From: Candidatus Babeliales bacterium
GTDB lineage: Bacteria > Babelota > Babeliae > Babelales > JANWKD01
Length of the DNA: 64,000 nucleotides
Direction of reading: 5' to 3'
Assembly (NCBI GenBank): GCA_963722255.1
Contig: CAVRJO010000002.1
Location: 512,001-576,000 of the forward strand
The position numbers were made by a program, and so were the translations under genes. Below the pieces are notes generated by a model. The model was not told the DNA's origin and did not search any database. It saw nothing but the letters and a program-made list of their open reading frames with translations. This document shows, in pieces, positions 10,936 through 20,869 of this stretch (its first letter is position 1; each line of letters starts with the position of its first letter).

Positions 10936-11343
10936 ATGTTACACAAAAAATTGAAAAAAATTTTGTTTATCGCCAGCTTTATTTCAATATTTATAAATTT
11001 TGAAAACAAAGCTATAGATGCCAGACAGCAAAGTCAAATAGAAGAACAACAAATAAAAGCGACTATTATAGGCACAATAGCACTATTTGGCGTTTTAACA
11101 GGACTCGTTGGAACGATTAACATTGTTAAGGGAATAACACACTTTTTCGATATACCATTAAGCCATGAAGAAAATATTATTTTTACAAAACGTTTTTGCA
11201 TGAGCAAAGAAGATTTAGAAAAACATCTTATAGGAAATAAAATAAAGGCATCTGCAGAAATTCTTTTGGGTTTAATTTGTTTGTGTGGTGCTTACAATTC
11301 TATGCTTGGTTCTATACAACTTGCACAAACCCAAATACAGTGA
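10936..11343 (+). CDS. hypothetical membrane protein
   Basis: Signal peptide plus two hydrophobic helices; paralogue of the IS-interrupted gene upstream. Confidence 0.65.
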   Translation: MLHKKLKKILFIASFISIFINFENKAIDARQQSQIEEQQIKATIIGTIALFGVLTGLVGTINIVKGITHFFDIPLSHEENIIFTKRFCMSKEDLEKHLIGNKIKASAEILLGLICLCGAYNSMLGSIQLAQTQIQ

Positions 11344-11363
11344 ATTTTACATGATTAAAATAG

Positions 11364-13073
11364 TTAATCTATTTTAATGGGAAGTTTACCTTCTGCTTTA
11401 ATTTCGCCCAATAAAAATTGTGCTGCAGCTTTATGTGCTGGAGCATAATCTTCATAAGCAATGATAATTTCATCTGCATCCTTACAATACGATACAGAAT
11501 AAGGGGTTCCAAAAATAACCACAATGAGTTGTTTACTCTGTTCTTTCAACCGGCGCAATAATGCAAGCGTAGTAGCTGATAACCCAAACTGCTTATGCAC
11601 ATCTTTTGTAAATGAGCCAATGCCAACAATAACAGTCTCGACTTCACGTAATGATTCCAAACAAGATTCAAAATCATTTTGGCTAAACTGAGCACTGAAA
11701 GAAACTGATGTACTACAATATTTTTCTAACAATTCAGAAAATTTATTTGCTGAATTCATACCGATGGTAACAACTGCAGTTGAAGCAACAAAATCTGAAC
11801 TATAGTGAATTGTTAATTGATTTTTTACGCAGGTAAGCGCTTGAGTATATACTTTTTCTTGTAACGCGTACGCTTCCGGGCGTACAAAAAAACGCAAGGC
11901 TTCATCTTGTGTGACAGCAACGTGATGCTTAAATGCCCACTCTTTTGCCTTTAAAATTTTTAAAACACGTGCATCAAGCTCGTACTCAGAGATGCGTCCT
12001 GAAATAACTGCATTTTCAATTAAATCAAGAGCAGCAGGAACATCAAGAGGACATAAGAGTATATCATTACCTGCTAAAAATGCTTCTAGCTCAACTTCGC
12101 CGGGTTTGAAATGATCAGTAATTGCCTGCATGCCAAGCCCATCGGTAATAACTAACCCTTGAAATCCCAATTTTTGCTTAAGCTCTTGCGTAACAACTGC
12201 ATATGATAAACTTGAAGGTCTATTTTCACGAGCATCAAAAGCAGGAAGAAAAAGATGCGCATTCATTACTGCACCAACACCTTCATCAATTAATTTCTTA
12301 AAGGGTACCATCTCAACAGCCTTAAGCCGTTCTTGAGAATGCATGATAACCGGCAATGCACTGTGCGAATCGACATGTGTGTCACCATGGCCAGGAAAAT
12401 GTTTTGCACATGCAATGATACCTGCGTCCTGCAGCCCATGCATAAACAGCTCTCCTAATCGAGCAACGCGTTCCGGATCATCACCAAATGATCGATCATG
12501 AATCACGGGATTTTCAGGATTATTATTTACATCTACCACAGGCGCAAAGTTTATGTGTACACCAAGTGCATTGCATTGCTTTCCAATTTCGTAGCCGATT
12601 TCATACACACTCTTTTCATCTGCAATTGCACCCAAAGTCATATTGCGTGGATAGCGCACAACTTCTGATGGATTATTATCCAATCGCATGCTTAATCCCC
12701 ATTCACAATCTTGGGTAATAAATAAGAGGATAGAAGATTGTTGTTGAAATTTTTGCGTTAATGCCATCTGTTTTATCGGATCGCTTTTAAATAAAAAGAT
12801 GACACCGCCAACATAATATTCTTTGATAAGAAAACTGATATATTCCTCATCCATTCTATAGGGTGATGCTTGCATAGTTGCTGCAAGAATCTCATTGGGT
12901 TGTTCAAAATTTGAAGCTGAAGCTACTATAAAAAGTTGCCCAATTTTCTGGCGTCGTGTTAATGTTTGTAAAATATTTTCAGCCCATCTAGTTGGCTGAG
13001 TTAGATAAGGAGGCATTATTGGCTTTAAAAAACAAATAGAGAAAAATAGTATCAGAACTAAGCAAATCTTCAT
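11364..13073 (-). CDS. GH3 beta-N-acetylhexosaminidase (NagZ-like, two-domain)
   Basis: KHFPGHGDTHVDSH motif, NFAPVVDVN, VITDGLGM; signal peptide. Confidence 0.9.
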   Translation of the reverse strand: MKICLVLILFFSICFLKPIMPPYLTQPTRWAENILQTLTRRQKIGQLFIVASASNFEQPNEILAATMQASPYRMDEEYISFLIKEYYVGGVIFLFKSDPIKQMALTQKFQQQSSILLFITQDCEWGLSMRLDNNPSEVVRYPRNMTLGAIADEKSVYEIGYEIGKQCNALGVHINFAPVVDVNNNPENPVIHDRSFGDDPERVARLGELFMHGLQDAGIIACAKHFPGHGDTHVDSHSALPVIMHSQERLKAVEMVPFKKLIDEGVGAVMNAHLFLPAFDARENRPSSLSYAVVTQELKQKLGFQGLVITDGLGMQAITDHFKPGEVELEAFLAGNDILLCPLDVPAALDLIENAVISGRISEYELDARVLKILKAKEWAFKHHVAVTQDEALRFFVRPEAYALQEKVYTQALTCVKNQLTIHYSSDFVASTAVVTIGMNSANKFSELLEKYCSTSVSFSAQFSQNDFESCLESLREVETVIVGIGSFTKDVHKQFGLSATTLALLRRLKEQSKQLIVVIFGTPYSVSYCKDADEIIIAYEDYAPAHKAAAQFLLGEIKAEGKLPIKID

Positions 13074-13159
13074 TAATTCTCCTTAAATCTAGCATCTAAC
13101 AAGAAAAATAGAGTAAGGTTAAGTTGCATCATTTTTTACTATTAAGCAAGGTGAATTCT

Positions 13160-13852
13160 ATGCTGCGACATACTTATTTTCTCTATTTTTTCACAGCTCT
13201 TTTGATACAAACATGCACTAATGCTCAAGAGATGAGCCCAGATACTGCGAATCCTACGCCGGAACAGAAAATAGTAGTTCGTAAAAAACCTATCGGAAAT
13301 CGCATACAGGATGCATTTGCTACAGCAAAAACATATGTTACAGAAAATATACAAAAAATAGTTGATAAAACAACTAAAAAATATCCTGAACCAAAAGTTA
13401 TTGTCATACGTAACCATACTCGTTTAAAACGATGGATGTTCAACAAAAACTTTCGAAAAGACAAATCAAAAAAAGATATTTTGTATCACACCTTTCATCC
13501 TATTGCAAACTATTTTATAGAGCGTTATGGCAAAAAAGAAGCATATAACTCCGGTAAATTTAGTGGAATAAAATATTCATTACAAGGGCAAATCAGATAT
13601 CCAAATGGTAAGAAAAAGAATGTTGTTTTTAGCATTACAAAAGATCATAAGGATCGTTGGTATCATCGAGAAATTAAATTTCATAATCCAAAAAAATTAC
13701 GTGTTTCATCTGATACTTTTGAACCAAAAATTATGCATTATAAATTTGGTAATAAAGGAGCAGTACGAACAATTGTCTATTTTGAAAATAGTTCATGGAT
13801 TAAAATTTATGATGCTGCAAATGACGTCACACTCTATTTGATGAAACAATGA
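13160..13852 (+). CDS. hypothetical secreted basic protein
   Basis: Signal peptide (MLRHTYFLYFFTALLIQTCTNA); no motif I can assign. Confidence 0.65.
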   Translation: MLRHTYFLYFFTALLIQTCTNAQEMSPDTANPTPEQKIVVRKKPIGNRIQDAFATAKTYVTENIQKIVDKTTKKYPEPKVIVIRNHTRLKRWMFNKNFRKDKSKKDILYHTFHPIANYFIERYGKKEAYNSGKFSGIKYSLQGQIRYPNGKKKNVVFSITKDHKDRWYHREIKFHNPKKLRVSSDTFEPKIMHYKFGNKGAVRTIVYFENSSWIKIYDAANDVTLYLMKQ

Positions 13853-13859
13853 AAAATCT

Positions 13860-15632
13860 TCACCCAATTACCTCTATTGCATCAGCCGTAACACGAACTC
13901 GTTGCCCCTGAAACGTCGTTAACTCAAAACCGGTAAATCCTTGTTCATTATACATGCGTGCATGATCTTGCAAATAATGCAATGCTACTTGCTCACCAAT
14001 TAAAATTCCTTCAAGCGCATCCATGCGATAATGAATGCCGGCAAAATTTCTTCCCATAGCCACATTACATGCAAGCTTATTAAGCTCACCGCCAACGGTA
14101 AGAAGATTACTACCTTCATGAACCGATACATTTACCAGTTGTGTTGCATCAGCAGGATCCGGTTTTTTTGGTGTAACATGGTTTTTGATCAATTCATCAT
14201 CATTAAAGAATGCTTTTATTACTGTAATACACGCACCTGAAAGAGTTCCGTGACCGGAAGGATATGAGGGATGCGCTGGCGCGCCATCAGGAAACATTTG
14301 AGACAATAAATAGGTTTCTGCTGCCGGCGGGGTCAAAGGATCCTGAACTGCGTTTGTTTCTTGGATACTATTATAGCTTTTAACCCAATTAAGGAGATTA
14401 ATTTTTCCTGCCGGCGTTTGGTACGTTGCAAAAAAAGTTGAATAAAGATTATTAGGATTAGTATCGGTAACTTTTGCTTTATGAACAAGACCTGCAAAAG
14501 CATCGGGTCGCAACACTCGCTGCGCACGCCACTTATGAGCCCATGCATGCTTTAATGCTTCATTAACAACATCAAATAAAGCACTATACACATCGCCTGT
14601 ATTCATATCAACGAATGCTGCTTCGTTAAGCATAGTTCCATTGTAATAGGGAAGCGTTGTTGAAAAAGGAAACTTATACAAGATCAAACTATTAACAGCA
14701 TAAAAGAAAATCTCTCCAGGGCCATCGCTATGAACAAGCGTAGCAAGATCTCTTCCACGAGTTATATATGCTTGACCAGTAAAATCAGAAGAAATATAGG
14801 GCCGTGGAATAAGACCATTTTGAATTGCAACAAAATCGGACCACGAAACACCAAATTCACGATTTTGCGCAAGGTCGACATACGGAATAAAGATACGATG
14901 TGGTTGAAAGAGGATCGGAACATTACAATATTCAAATTGAGATACAGAGGGCCCTATTAAACTATTTTTAGCATCTATTTTGAAAAGAAGATCAGGCGTC
15001 ACTACATGATTGATTTTGGGACCTTCATATGCATCACCAAGACCTGTTAAAATTGCAGCTGCATTATGAGTGATTGATCCACCATTAATGGTATCTCTAT
15101 CGGTTCCTGCTCCGGTTCCATAATCTGAAAAAAGGACACTGCGGCAAATAGTCTGTAAATACAATTCAATAAGTAGGGCTGCTGCTTTCGGTGTTGAGAG
15201 CAAGGGAAAAAGAGGCATTGGTAGTAGATTGTTTGGTATTCCTTGCAAAGTAAGTAGATTACTTCCTTGTGGATTTACAAACTTTGATGAACCGGGAAAA
15301 CGAACTATCGCATTATAATCAATTTGCTTTGTTGAATCTATTGCCTTAAGCAGCTGTTGATAATTCTGAACTCCGGAAGGCGTTAAAAGTCCGGTTGCAG
15401 CATCATGTTCTAATGATTTGGTATGCGCAGGAGCATACAGATTTTTTCCTGTTGCATCCCCATTATTTTCAGCAGCAATAGCATAATCCGGCATCAACAA
15501 TACTGAATGCAAGGCTGCATCCAAACGCATTAAATATTCTTTAATTTTTTGATCGTTATCATTACTACAACAAGCATCAGCTGTAAAAACTACAGGTATA
15601 CTTAACAGAATATATAAATAAATTTTTTTCAT
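13860..15632 (-). CDS. vanadium-dependent haloperoxidase (bromoperoxidase-like), secreted
   Basis: WAHKW...LRPDAF, PAHPSYPSGH, GRNFAGIHYRMD, GRDLATLVHSD; signal peptide from ATG 15632 with AAGGA upstream. Confidence 0.88.
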   Translation of the reverse strand: MKKIYLYILLSIPVVFTADACCSNDNDQKIKEYLMRLDAALHSVLLMPDYAIAAENNGDATGKNLYAPAHTKSLEHDAATGLLTPSGVQNYQQLLKAIDSTKQIDYNAIVRFPGSSKFVNPQGSNLLTLQGIPNNLLPMPLFPLLSTPKAAALLIELYLQTICRSVLFSDYGTGAGTDRDTINGGSITHNAAAILTGLGDAYEGPKINHVVTPDLLFKIDAKNSLIGPSVSQFEYCNVPILFQPHRIFIPYVDLAQNREFGVSWSDFVAIQNGLIPRPYISSDFTGQAYITRGRDLATLVHSDGPGEIFFYAVNSLILYKFPFSTTLPYYNGTMLNEAAFVDMNTGDVYSALFDVVNEALKHAWAHKWRAQRVLRPDAFAGLVHKAKVTDTNPNNLYSTFFATYQTPAGKINLLNWVKSYNSIQETNAVQDPLTPPAAETYLLSQMFPDGAPAHPSYPSGHGTLSGACITVIKAFFNDDELIKNHVTPKKPDPADATQLVNVSVHEGSNLLTVGGELNKLACNVAMGRNFAGIHYRMDALEGILIGEQVALHYLQDHARMYNEQGFTGFELTTFQGQRVRVTADAIEVIG

Positions 15633-15642
15633 AAGAAATTCC

Positions 15643-16014
15643 TTAACTAATGATACACAATGATTGTTCTTCTGCGCCATTATTTTGAGCTGTCTCAAAA
15701 GGCAATGCTGACAACGTTTCGTCAATTGAACTAAGAAAATAACAGTAAGTCACTGTTTTATTTGAAGATTTATAAGAGAGTGTCACTTCTTGCTTATATG
15801 GATCCAAGACTGCTTTTGCACCTGACTTTTTATTAATAAGTTCTTTTGATTCTTTTGACTCTTCTGCATCTTGTATAGCTTTTTTTACCATTTCTGATTC
15901 ACCAATCCATGGCAAAATAAGTTCATAAAGCATAAGTGCTTTAGCCTGATACATACTATAGGTATAACTTGTTGCCATACACAAACTTATTAAAAAATAT
16001 ACTGCCTTCTTCAT
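15643..16014 (-). CDS. small secreted protein ending in CaaX (CIIS); paralogue 1 of 3
   Basis: Signal peptide; LPW...EMVKKAIQDA...AVLD...VTLSY...YFLSSI; C-terminus SLCIIS. Confidence 0.75.
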   Translation of the reverse strand: MKKAVYFLISLCMATSYTYSMYQAKALMLYELILPWIGESEMVKKAIQDAEESKESKELINKKSGAKAVLDPYKQEVTLSYKSSNKTVTYCYFLSSIDETLSALPFETAQNNGAEEQSLCIIS

Positions 16015-16156
16015 ACAGATTCCTTTTCACAAAAGTTTATATTAAAAAAATCTAATCATATTAAGGAGGTAATTAACAAGAATTATTCTTTTTCTTGTCT
16101 GCAGCAATACTCTTTGATACTATCTTTACTATAATAATTTACAGAAGGATAATTTA

Positions 16157-16528
16157 TTGTGTATAAAAAATAGCCAATTAATCTTTATTTTATTGTTAGG
16201 AGCATCATTATTTTCATCTCAAAAAATCAAATGCATGCATCCACAAAGTTTATATGATATAAGAATTTTTATTCCATGGGGGTGGCAAATTGAAGGGCAG
16301 CAGGAAGAAATACAAGAGGCAATTGAACAAGCAAAAAAATCAGAAAATGGAAAATATAAAATCACCTATCATAATTATTCTGCTGAGTTCGATGATTATA
16401 CTCAATCGGTTGAATTACACTACCATGATTTATATGCATCAATGGGCTATGATGAATTTTTGCAACAGATTGATTTAAAAGCAACTAAAGCTCAAAAATC
16501 AAAAAGTAAATGCTGCTCTTTACAATAG
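16157..16528 (+). CDS. small secreted protein ending in CaaX (CSLQ); paralogue 2 of 3
   Basis: IPW...EEIQEAIEQA...AEFD...VELHY...SMGYDEFLQQI; C-terminus KSKSKCCSLQ. Confidence 0.75.
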   Translation: MCIKNSQLIFILLLGASLFSSQKIKCMHPQSLYDIRIFIPWGWQIEGQQEEIQEAIEQAKKSENGKYKITYHNYSAEFDDYTQSVELHYHDLYASMGYDEFLQQIDLKATKAQKSKSKCCSLQ

Positions 16529-16610
16529 TTTTTTTACTTTTTTTAGCATTTCTTGCTTATAACTCTCCTTTTAGATAGTATCATTGCATCTATAATAAAT
16601 CTTAAGGAGA

Positions 16611-16997
16611 TTGTCCATGAATGCGAAATGTACTCTTGTTCTATTTTTTTTACTCTTACCGTTATCTCAGAATATAATTTGTATGGAATCATCAGAAGCA
16701 ATGAAAGCTATATTACTTACCATGCCTTGGGCTGACAAACACGAAATGGTGTTAAATGCCATTGAAGATGCAAAAAGTTCCGAAGATGGTATTAAAAAAA
16801 TTTCATGTGAAGGATTTGATGCGGTGTTTAACACAAAAAATGACATCGTTTCTTTATATTATAACGCTGAAAATCTAAGTGAAAGTATGGGATGCTCATT
16901 TTTTTTAAAATCTATAGGTATTAAAGAAGAACAAAAAACACCTCCAACCACTCCTCAACAAAATAACAATTGGTGGCCTTCTTGCACATTACAATAG
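16611..16997 (+). CDS. small secreted protein ending in CaaX (CTLQ); paralogue 3 of 3
   Basis: MPW...EMVLNAIEDA...AVFN...VSLYY...SMGCSFFLKSI; C-terminus WWPSCTLQ. Confidence 0.75.
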   Translation: MSMNAKCTLVLFFLLLPLSQNIICMESSEAMKAILLTMPWADKHEMVLNAIEDAKSSEDGIKKISCEGFDAVFNTKNDIVSLYYNAENLSESMGCSFFLKSIGIKEEQKTPPTTPQQNNNWWPSCTLQ

Positions 16998-17015
16998 CTT
17001 TTGAGCAATAAAATG

Positions 17016-18041
17016 TTACTTTTTACAACCAAACGTTACTTCAGCTAAAATTCCCAAATGGTCGGTCATTTTGTCATTGAAGGTCTTAATGATATCCGAT
17101 TTCGCATCAATATCCGGTAAAGGATTAAGAAGCCAAGCATAATCAACACGATCTGTTTGCGTGTCTGCAACCTTTCCCTTTTCCCAGGAGCTGCTTTTAA
17201 CACGTTGCGAGCCATTATAATAGGTATCTAATGCTGCAGGAAATGTCTATAAAAAGACATCATAATCTTCGCTATCGCGTGTACGACTAATATTTAAATC
17301 ACCTACCAATAAAATAGGTGCTTCTTTAGTAAAGTAATCCTTAGTACCCACAAATTTTTGAATTTCTCTTTTTGCTTGGCGCAACTCCATCTGAACTATT
17401 TGACTTGAACTTAATGAATTAGGGCTTTTACCCTCGCAGGAACGTGGACGAACTCCAAACATTTTTATATACCACGCTCTATCAACTCCGGCTTGAAGAT
17501 GTGTATTGAAAAGATAGAAAGGACAGCCATCGACATCAAGCTCTACGCCCATAATACCCTTACGTGCAAGCGCTTCAACTCCTGCCCAACATTCATAATC
17601 TTTAATCATTTTTCTCTTTATGGGATATTTACTAAAAATCACTAATCCTGAATTGACACCACCAAGATAAGAACCGGCTCGATCATCAAAATAGGCATAT
17701 GGATATCTATCTTTAATTACTTTATACAGATATGAGTTTACTCGACGCTTATCAAAAGCCTCTTGAAATGCAATGACATCCGGTTGCAGTTTACCCATAT
17801 TTTTGATAGTAGTTCCGAGCAATAAAGCACGTTTTTTATTTTCTTTAAGTCCTATTGAAATAGAACCAAAAAAAACAGACATTAACCCGGTATTAAGGGT
17901 TAAAACTCGTATCGTTTTTTTATTGAATGGTTGTTCTTTAGCAGCTCCATAAGAATATGCAGAACCAGTAAATAACCATATAAGCAACAACAGATTGATT
18001 TTACCTAGTAACTTCATGAGACCTACTCCAAGTTTTTTCAC
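17016..18041 (-). pseudogene. sphingomyelinase-like EEP phosphodiesterase with in-frame TAG at 17247-17249
   Basis: VLTLN, FQEAF, SGLVIFSKYPI, NTHLQA, GDLN before the TAG; the same frame continues TFPAALD...DRVDY...MTDHLGILAEVTFGCKK* to 17016. Confidence 0.8.
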
Positions 18042-18091
18042 TATAGATTCTAAAACTTAGGATATCATTTTTTTATTTCAGATTGCAACAA

Positions 18092-18673
18092 TCACTTTAC
18101 ATAAAGCCAACATGATTGGCAATGATCATTGACCATTCCAACAGCTTGCATAAAGGCATATATAATGGTTGGGCCAACAAAAGTCATGCCACGCTTTTTT
18201 AAATCTTTAGAAATGGCACTACTTTCCGGAGTTGAAGCTGGAATATCTTTTATTGATTTCCAGTGGTTTTTAATTGGTTTGTTCTGTACAAAATTCCAAA
18301 TATAAGTATCAAAAGAATTATATTCTTGCTGTAGGGTTAAAAAAACTTGGGCATTAGTCCGAGCAGCATAAATTTTTAATTTATTACGAATAATGGTCGA
18401 ATCGTTTCGCAATGATTCCAGCTGTAGATCGGTCATTGAAGCAACCTTTTTTGGATCAAAGAAATGAAATGCTTTTCGATATCCTTCACGTCTTTTGAGA
18501 ATAGTTTCCCAATTTAGTCCCGCTTGAGCACCTTCTAAAATAAGCATTTCAAATAAAAGCCGATCATTATGCACGGGAAGACCCCATTCAGTATCATGAT
18601 ACCGAGCATACAAATCTTTACCTTTCTCTCCACCAAAACAACGAATTTTACCATCAGAACTGATGCTACTCAT
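18092..18673 (-). CDS. tag: DNA-3-methyladenine glycosylase I
   Basis: YHDTEWG, LEGAQAGLNW, FVGPTIIYAFMQAVGMVNDH. Confidence 0.95.
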   Translation of the reverse strand: MSSISSDGKIRCFGGEKGKDLYARYHDTEWGLPVHNDRLLFEMLILEGAQAGLNWETILKRREGYRKAFHFFDPKKVASMTDLQLESLRNDSTIIRNKLKIYAARTNAQVFLTLQQEYNSFDTYIWNFVQNKPIKNHWKSIKDIPASTPESSAISKDLKKRGMTFVGPTIIYAFMQAVGMVNDHCQSCWLYVK

Positions 18674-19256
18674 GTACAGAATTCCTCATGAGAATTCCCT
18701 CATGTGCAAGAAGCCACTGTTTATTTTTTATGCCGCCACTATAGCCACCAAGATCACCATTCGCATTAATAACTCTATGGCAGGGGACAATAAGTACGAG
18801 TTTATTTGTGCTATTTGCTCGACCAACAGCTCTCATCGCTTGGGGTTTTTCAATCAAATCTGCAACTTTTTTATAGCTCAATGTTTGACCATAAGGAATT
18901 TTTTGCAGTTTGTTCCAAACATTTTTTTGAAACTGTGTCCCACAAAGTAGATACGGCGTTTTAAATTCCTTAATTTTCCCTTCACAATACAAGTGTAACT
19001 CTTTTTCTAGAATATCAATTATAGAAGTTCTACCTAAAACTATATTTGATTCTGTTTCTTTCTTTAGCTCTTCACAATGGCGCTTAAGATAGCGCCCTTC
19101 CGTAAAATCTAAAAGATACAAAGCATTAGTATCAGCAAGGGCTACCATTGTTCCAAGTTTAGTTTCAAGCCGTGAAAGATATAATGTCTTTATATAATTT
19201 ACGTTTTCACACAAGAGATCATTAAAAGTGTCATTTAATTGATTTTTTGTAGTCAT
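18666..19256 (-). CDS. ogt: methylated-DNA--protein-cysteine methyltransferase
   Basis: GTQFQKNVW, IPYGQTLSY, RAVG, PCHRV. Confidence 0.95.
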   Translation of the reverse strand: MTTKNQLNDTFNDLLCENVNYIKTLYLSRLETKLGTMVALADTNALYLLDFTEGRYLKRHCEELKKETESNIVLGRTSIIDILEKELHLYCEGKIKEFKTPYLLCGTQFQKNVWNKLQKIPYGQTLSYKKVADLIEKPQAMRAVGRANSTNKLVLIVPCHRVINANGDLGGYSGGIKNKQWLLAHEGILMRNSVHE

Positions 19257-19366
19257 AATGCTCTGTAATATGAAATATTTTTTTGTTATAATGTATTAGT
19301 ATAGGTTAAATTATATATAAAAAAACCAAAAATTCTATTCTAAAACCATTTATTTAAGGATATTTC

Positions 19367-20251
19367 ATGAAAAAAATGATCTGTTTACTTGGGCTTATTT
19401 GCTTACATGTTACAATCAATGCCAAACCAGACCTTCGACCCGAAGCAAAGCCGAATAAACCACTTTCCAAATTAAGTAGTTTCATCAGTAAAGCACATGA
19501 CTTCCTTTGTTTAGAATCACTAGGAATAGCGGCTCTTGTGCCTGAAAATGAAAAATTTATTAGAGCTATTATCGATGATTTAGGGATGCAAGATTATTGC
19601 ATTGAATTGCGCAGCATGAGCAACTATGCACAACAGGGATTTAGCTTAAATAATATAATCCTCGCCCCTTTTACTCCAATTACACCATATGGTAGAGTAA
19701 ATATATTTACCATACCATCATTCTTAGGAAGAAAATCACATACTCATATTTATATTAGCGAAGAATGGTTTTCAACCCTTCAAGAGCAAGAAAAACAAGC
19801 TCTCATCAGACAGGAATTAATGCAATTAAAGAATGGTTATTTTTTAAAAAGATTAGCCGTGGCAATTGCAAGCGGTGTAGGTTGTTATATCCTTGAAGGA
19901 GAAGTTAAACGACACTTAGTAGACCCATATGATTATTCTATTGAAAACCATAAAAATAATAAAAATATTTCTTTTGTTTCCTCAAAAATAAGAAATCTTA
20001 CAATCCTTTTGCTTGTTGCAGCATATTCAAGAATGTGTCAAGAAGAAGCAGATTGTGAAGCGGTTAAAACAATGAATAACAAAGAAGGATTTATTAGCCT
20101 CTTAAAAAATATGCAAGATCATATTGAAGATCCTGATTCTAAATATTCTGTTAAACGCTTAATCAACGCTATAGTCAATCCATTAATCGCATTGGTCAGA
20201 TTTAAGCCAAGCTTTGATGAACGCATTGAATATATTACTGCACTTAAATAA
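19367..20251 (+). CDS. M48 peptidase-like protein lacking HExxH
   Basis: LQEQEKQALIRQELMQL at the HExxH position; EEADCEA; KPSFDERI where HP..xxRI is expected. Confidence 0.55.
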   Translation: MKKMICLLGLICLHVTINAKPDLRPEAKPNKPLSKLSSFISKAHDFLCLESLGIAALVPENEKFIRAIIDDLGMQDYCIELRSMSNYAQQGFSLNNIILAPFTPITPYGRVNIFTIPSFLGRKSHTHIYISEEWFSTLQEQEKQALIRQELMQLKNGYFLKRLAVAIASGVGCYILEGEVKRHLVDPYDYSIENHKNNKNISFVSSKIRNLTILLLVAAYSRMCQEEADCEAVKTMNNKEGFISLLKNMQDHIEDPDSKYSVKRLINAIVNPLIALVRFKPSFDERIEYITALK

Positions 20252-20254
20252 AAT

Positions 20255-20281
20255 AAGGGGGAATATTTTCCCCCTATCTTT
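20255..20281. terminator. hairpin between convergent genes
   Basis: GGGGAA-TATT-TTCCCC with AT-rich flanks. Confidence 0.55.
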
Positions 20282-20302
20282 AAAAATATTTTTTAATATT
20301 TT

Positions 20303-20683
20303 CTAGTCATACCACTCTGAAGCATTAAAAGACGCAAAAGGGAGACCAACTATAAAACCAACTCCTGCTGCCACTCCTATTAATGCTAGTCTTTCTTTGA
20401 GCGGTCCATGAGTTGTTCCAAAAACCGTAATTAAGGCATTACTACCAGATATTAATCCAAGCGTTATTAGATAAAGTTTTTCATAACGATCTAACGGTAT
20501 ACGGTTATAAAGCTTTTTAGCAATGGAAACCAGATAAATATCTTCATTATGAGCAATTGGTTGCTCACAATTTTGAATTTCTTGCTTACTTGATTTGGGT
20601 GTACTATTCTCGCCTGCAAAACAATGGCTTAAGGGAGCTAAGGCAATAAAAATGCTTAATAAAAATTTATAATTCATATACAA
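20303..20683 (-). CDS. hypothetical membrane protein
   Basis: Signal peptide and two hydrophobic helices. Confidence 0.65.
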   Translation of the reverse strand: MYMNYKFLLSIFIALAPLSHCFAGENSTPKSSKQEIQNCEQPIAHNEDIYLVSIAKKLYNRIPLDRYEKLYLITLGLISGSNALITVFGTTHGPLKERLALIGVAAGVGFIVGLPFASFNASEWYD

Positions 20684-20869
20684 AAACCTTCCAAATTGTA
20701 TTTTTTATAAAAATTATACTAAATTCATTATATAATAAAAAATAAGCGTATGCAAAAGGCTATTTTTCCTTAAGGGCACTTGTTTTAAAAAAATTAAAAA
20801 ATGAGATATATATCAAATGGCTGTTTTTGCTTTAAATAATTCTTAAATTAAAGAAAAAACAGCCAAATC

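Noticed and set aside
17247..17249. Genome-wide TAG reassignment or pyrrolysine
   Set aside because: TAG terminates other genes normally (e.g. 16528, 16997, 32720); this is a single case and no pyl genes are visible.
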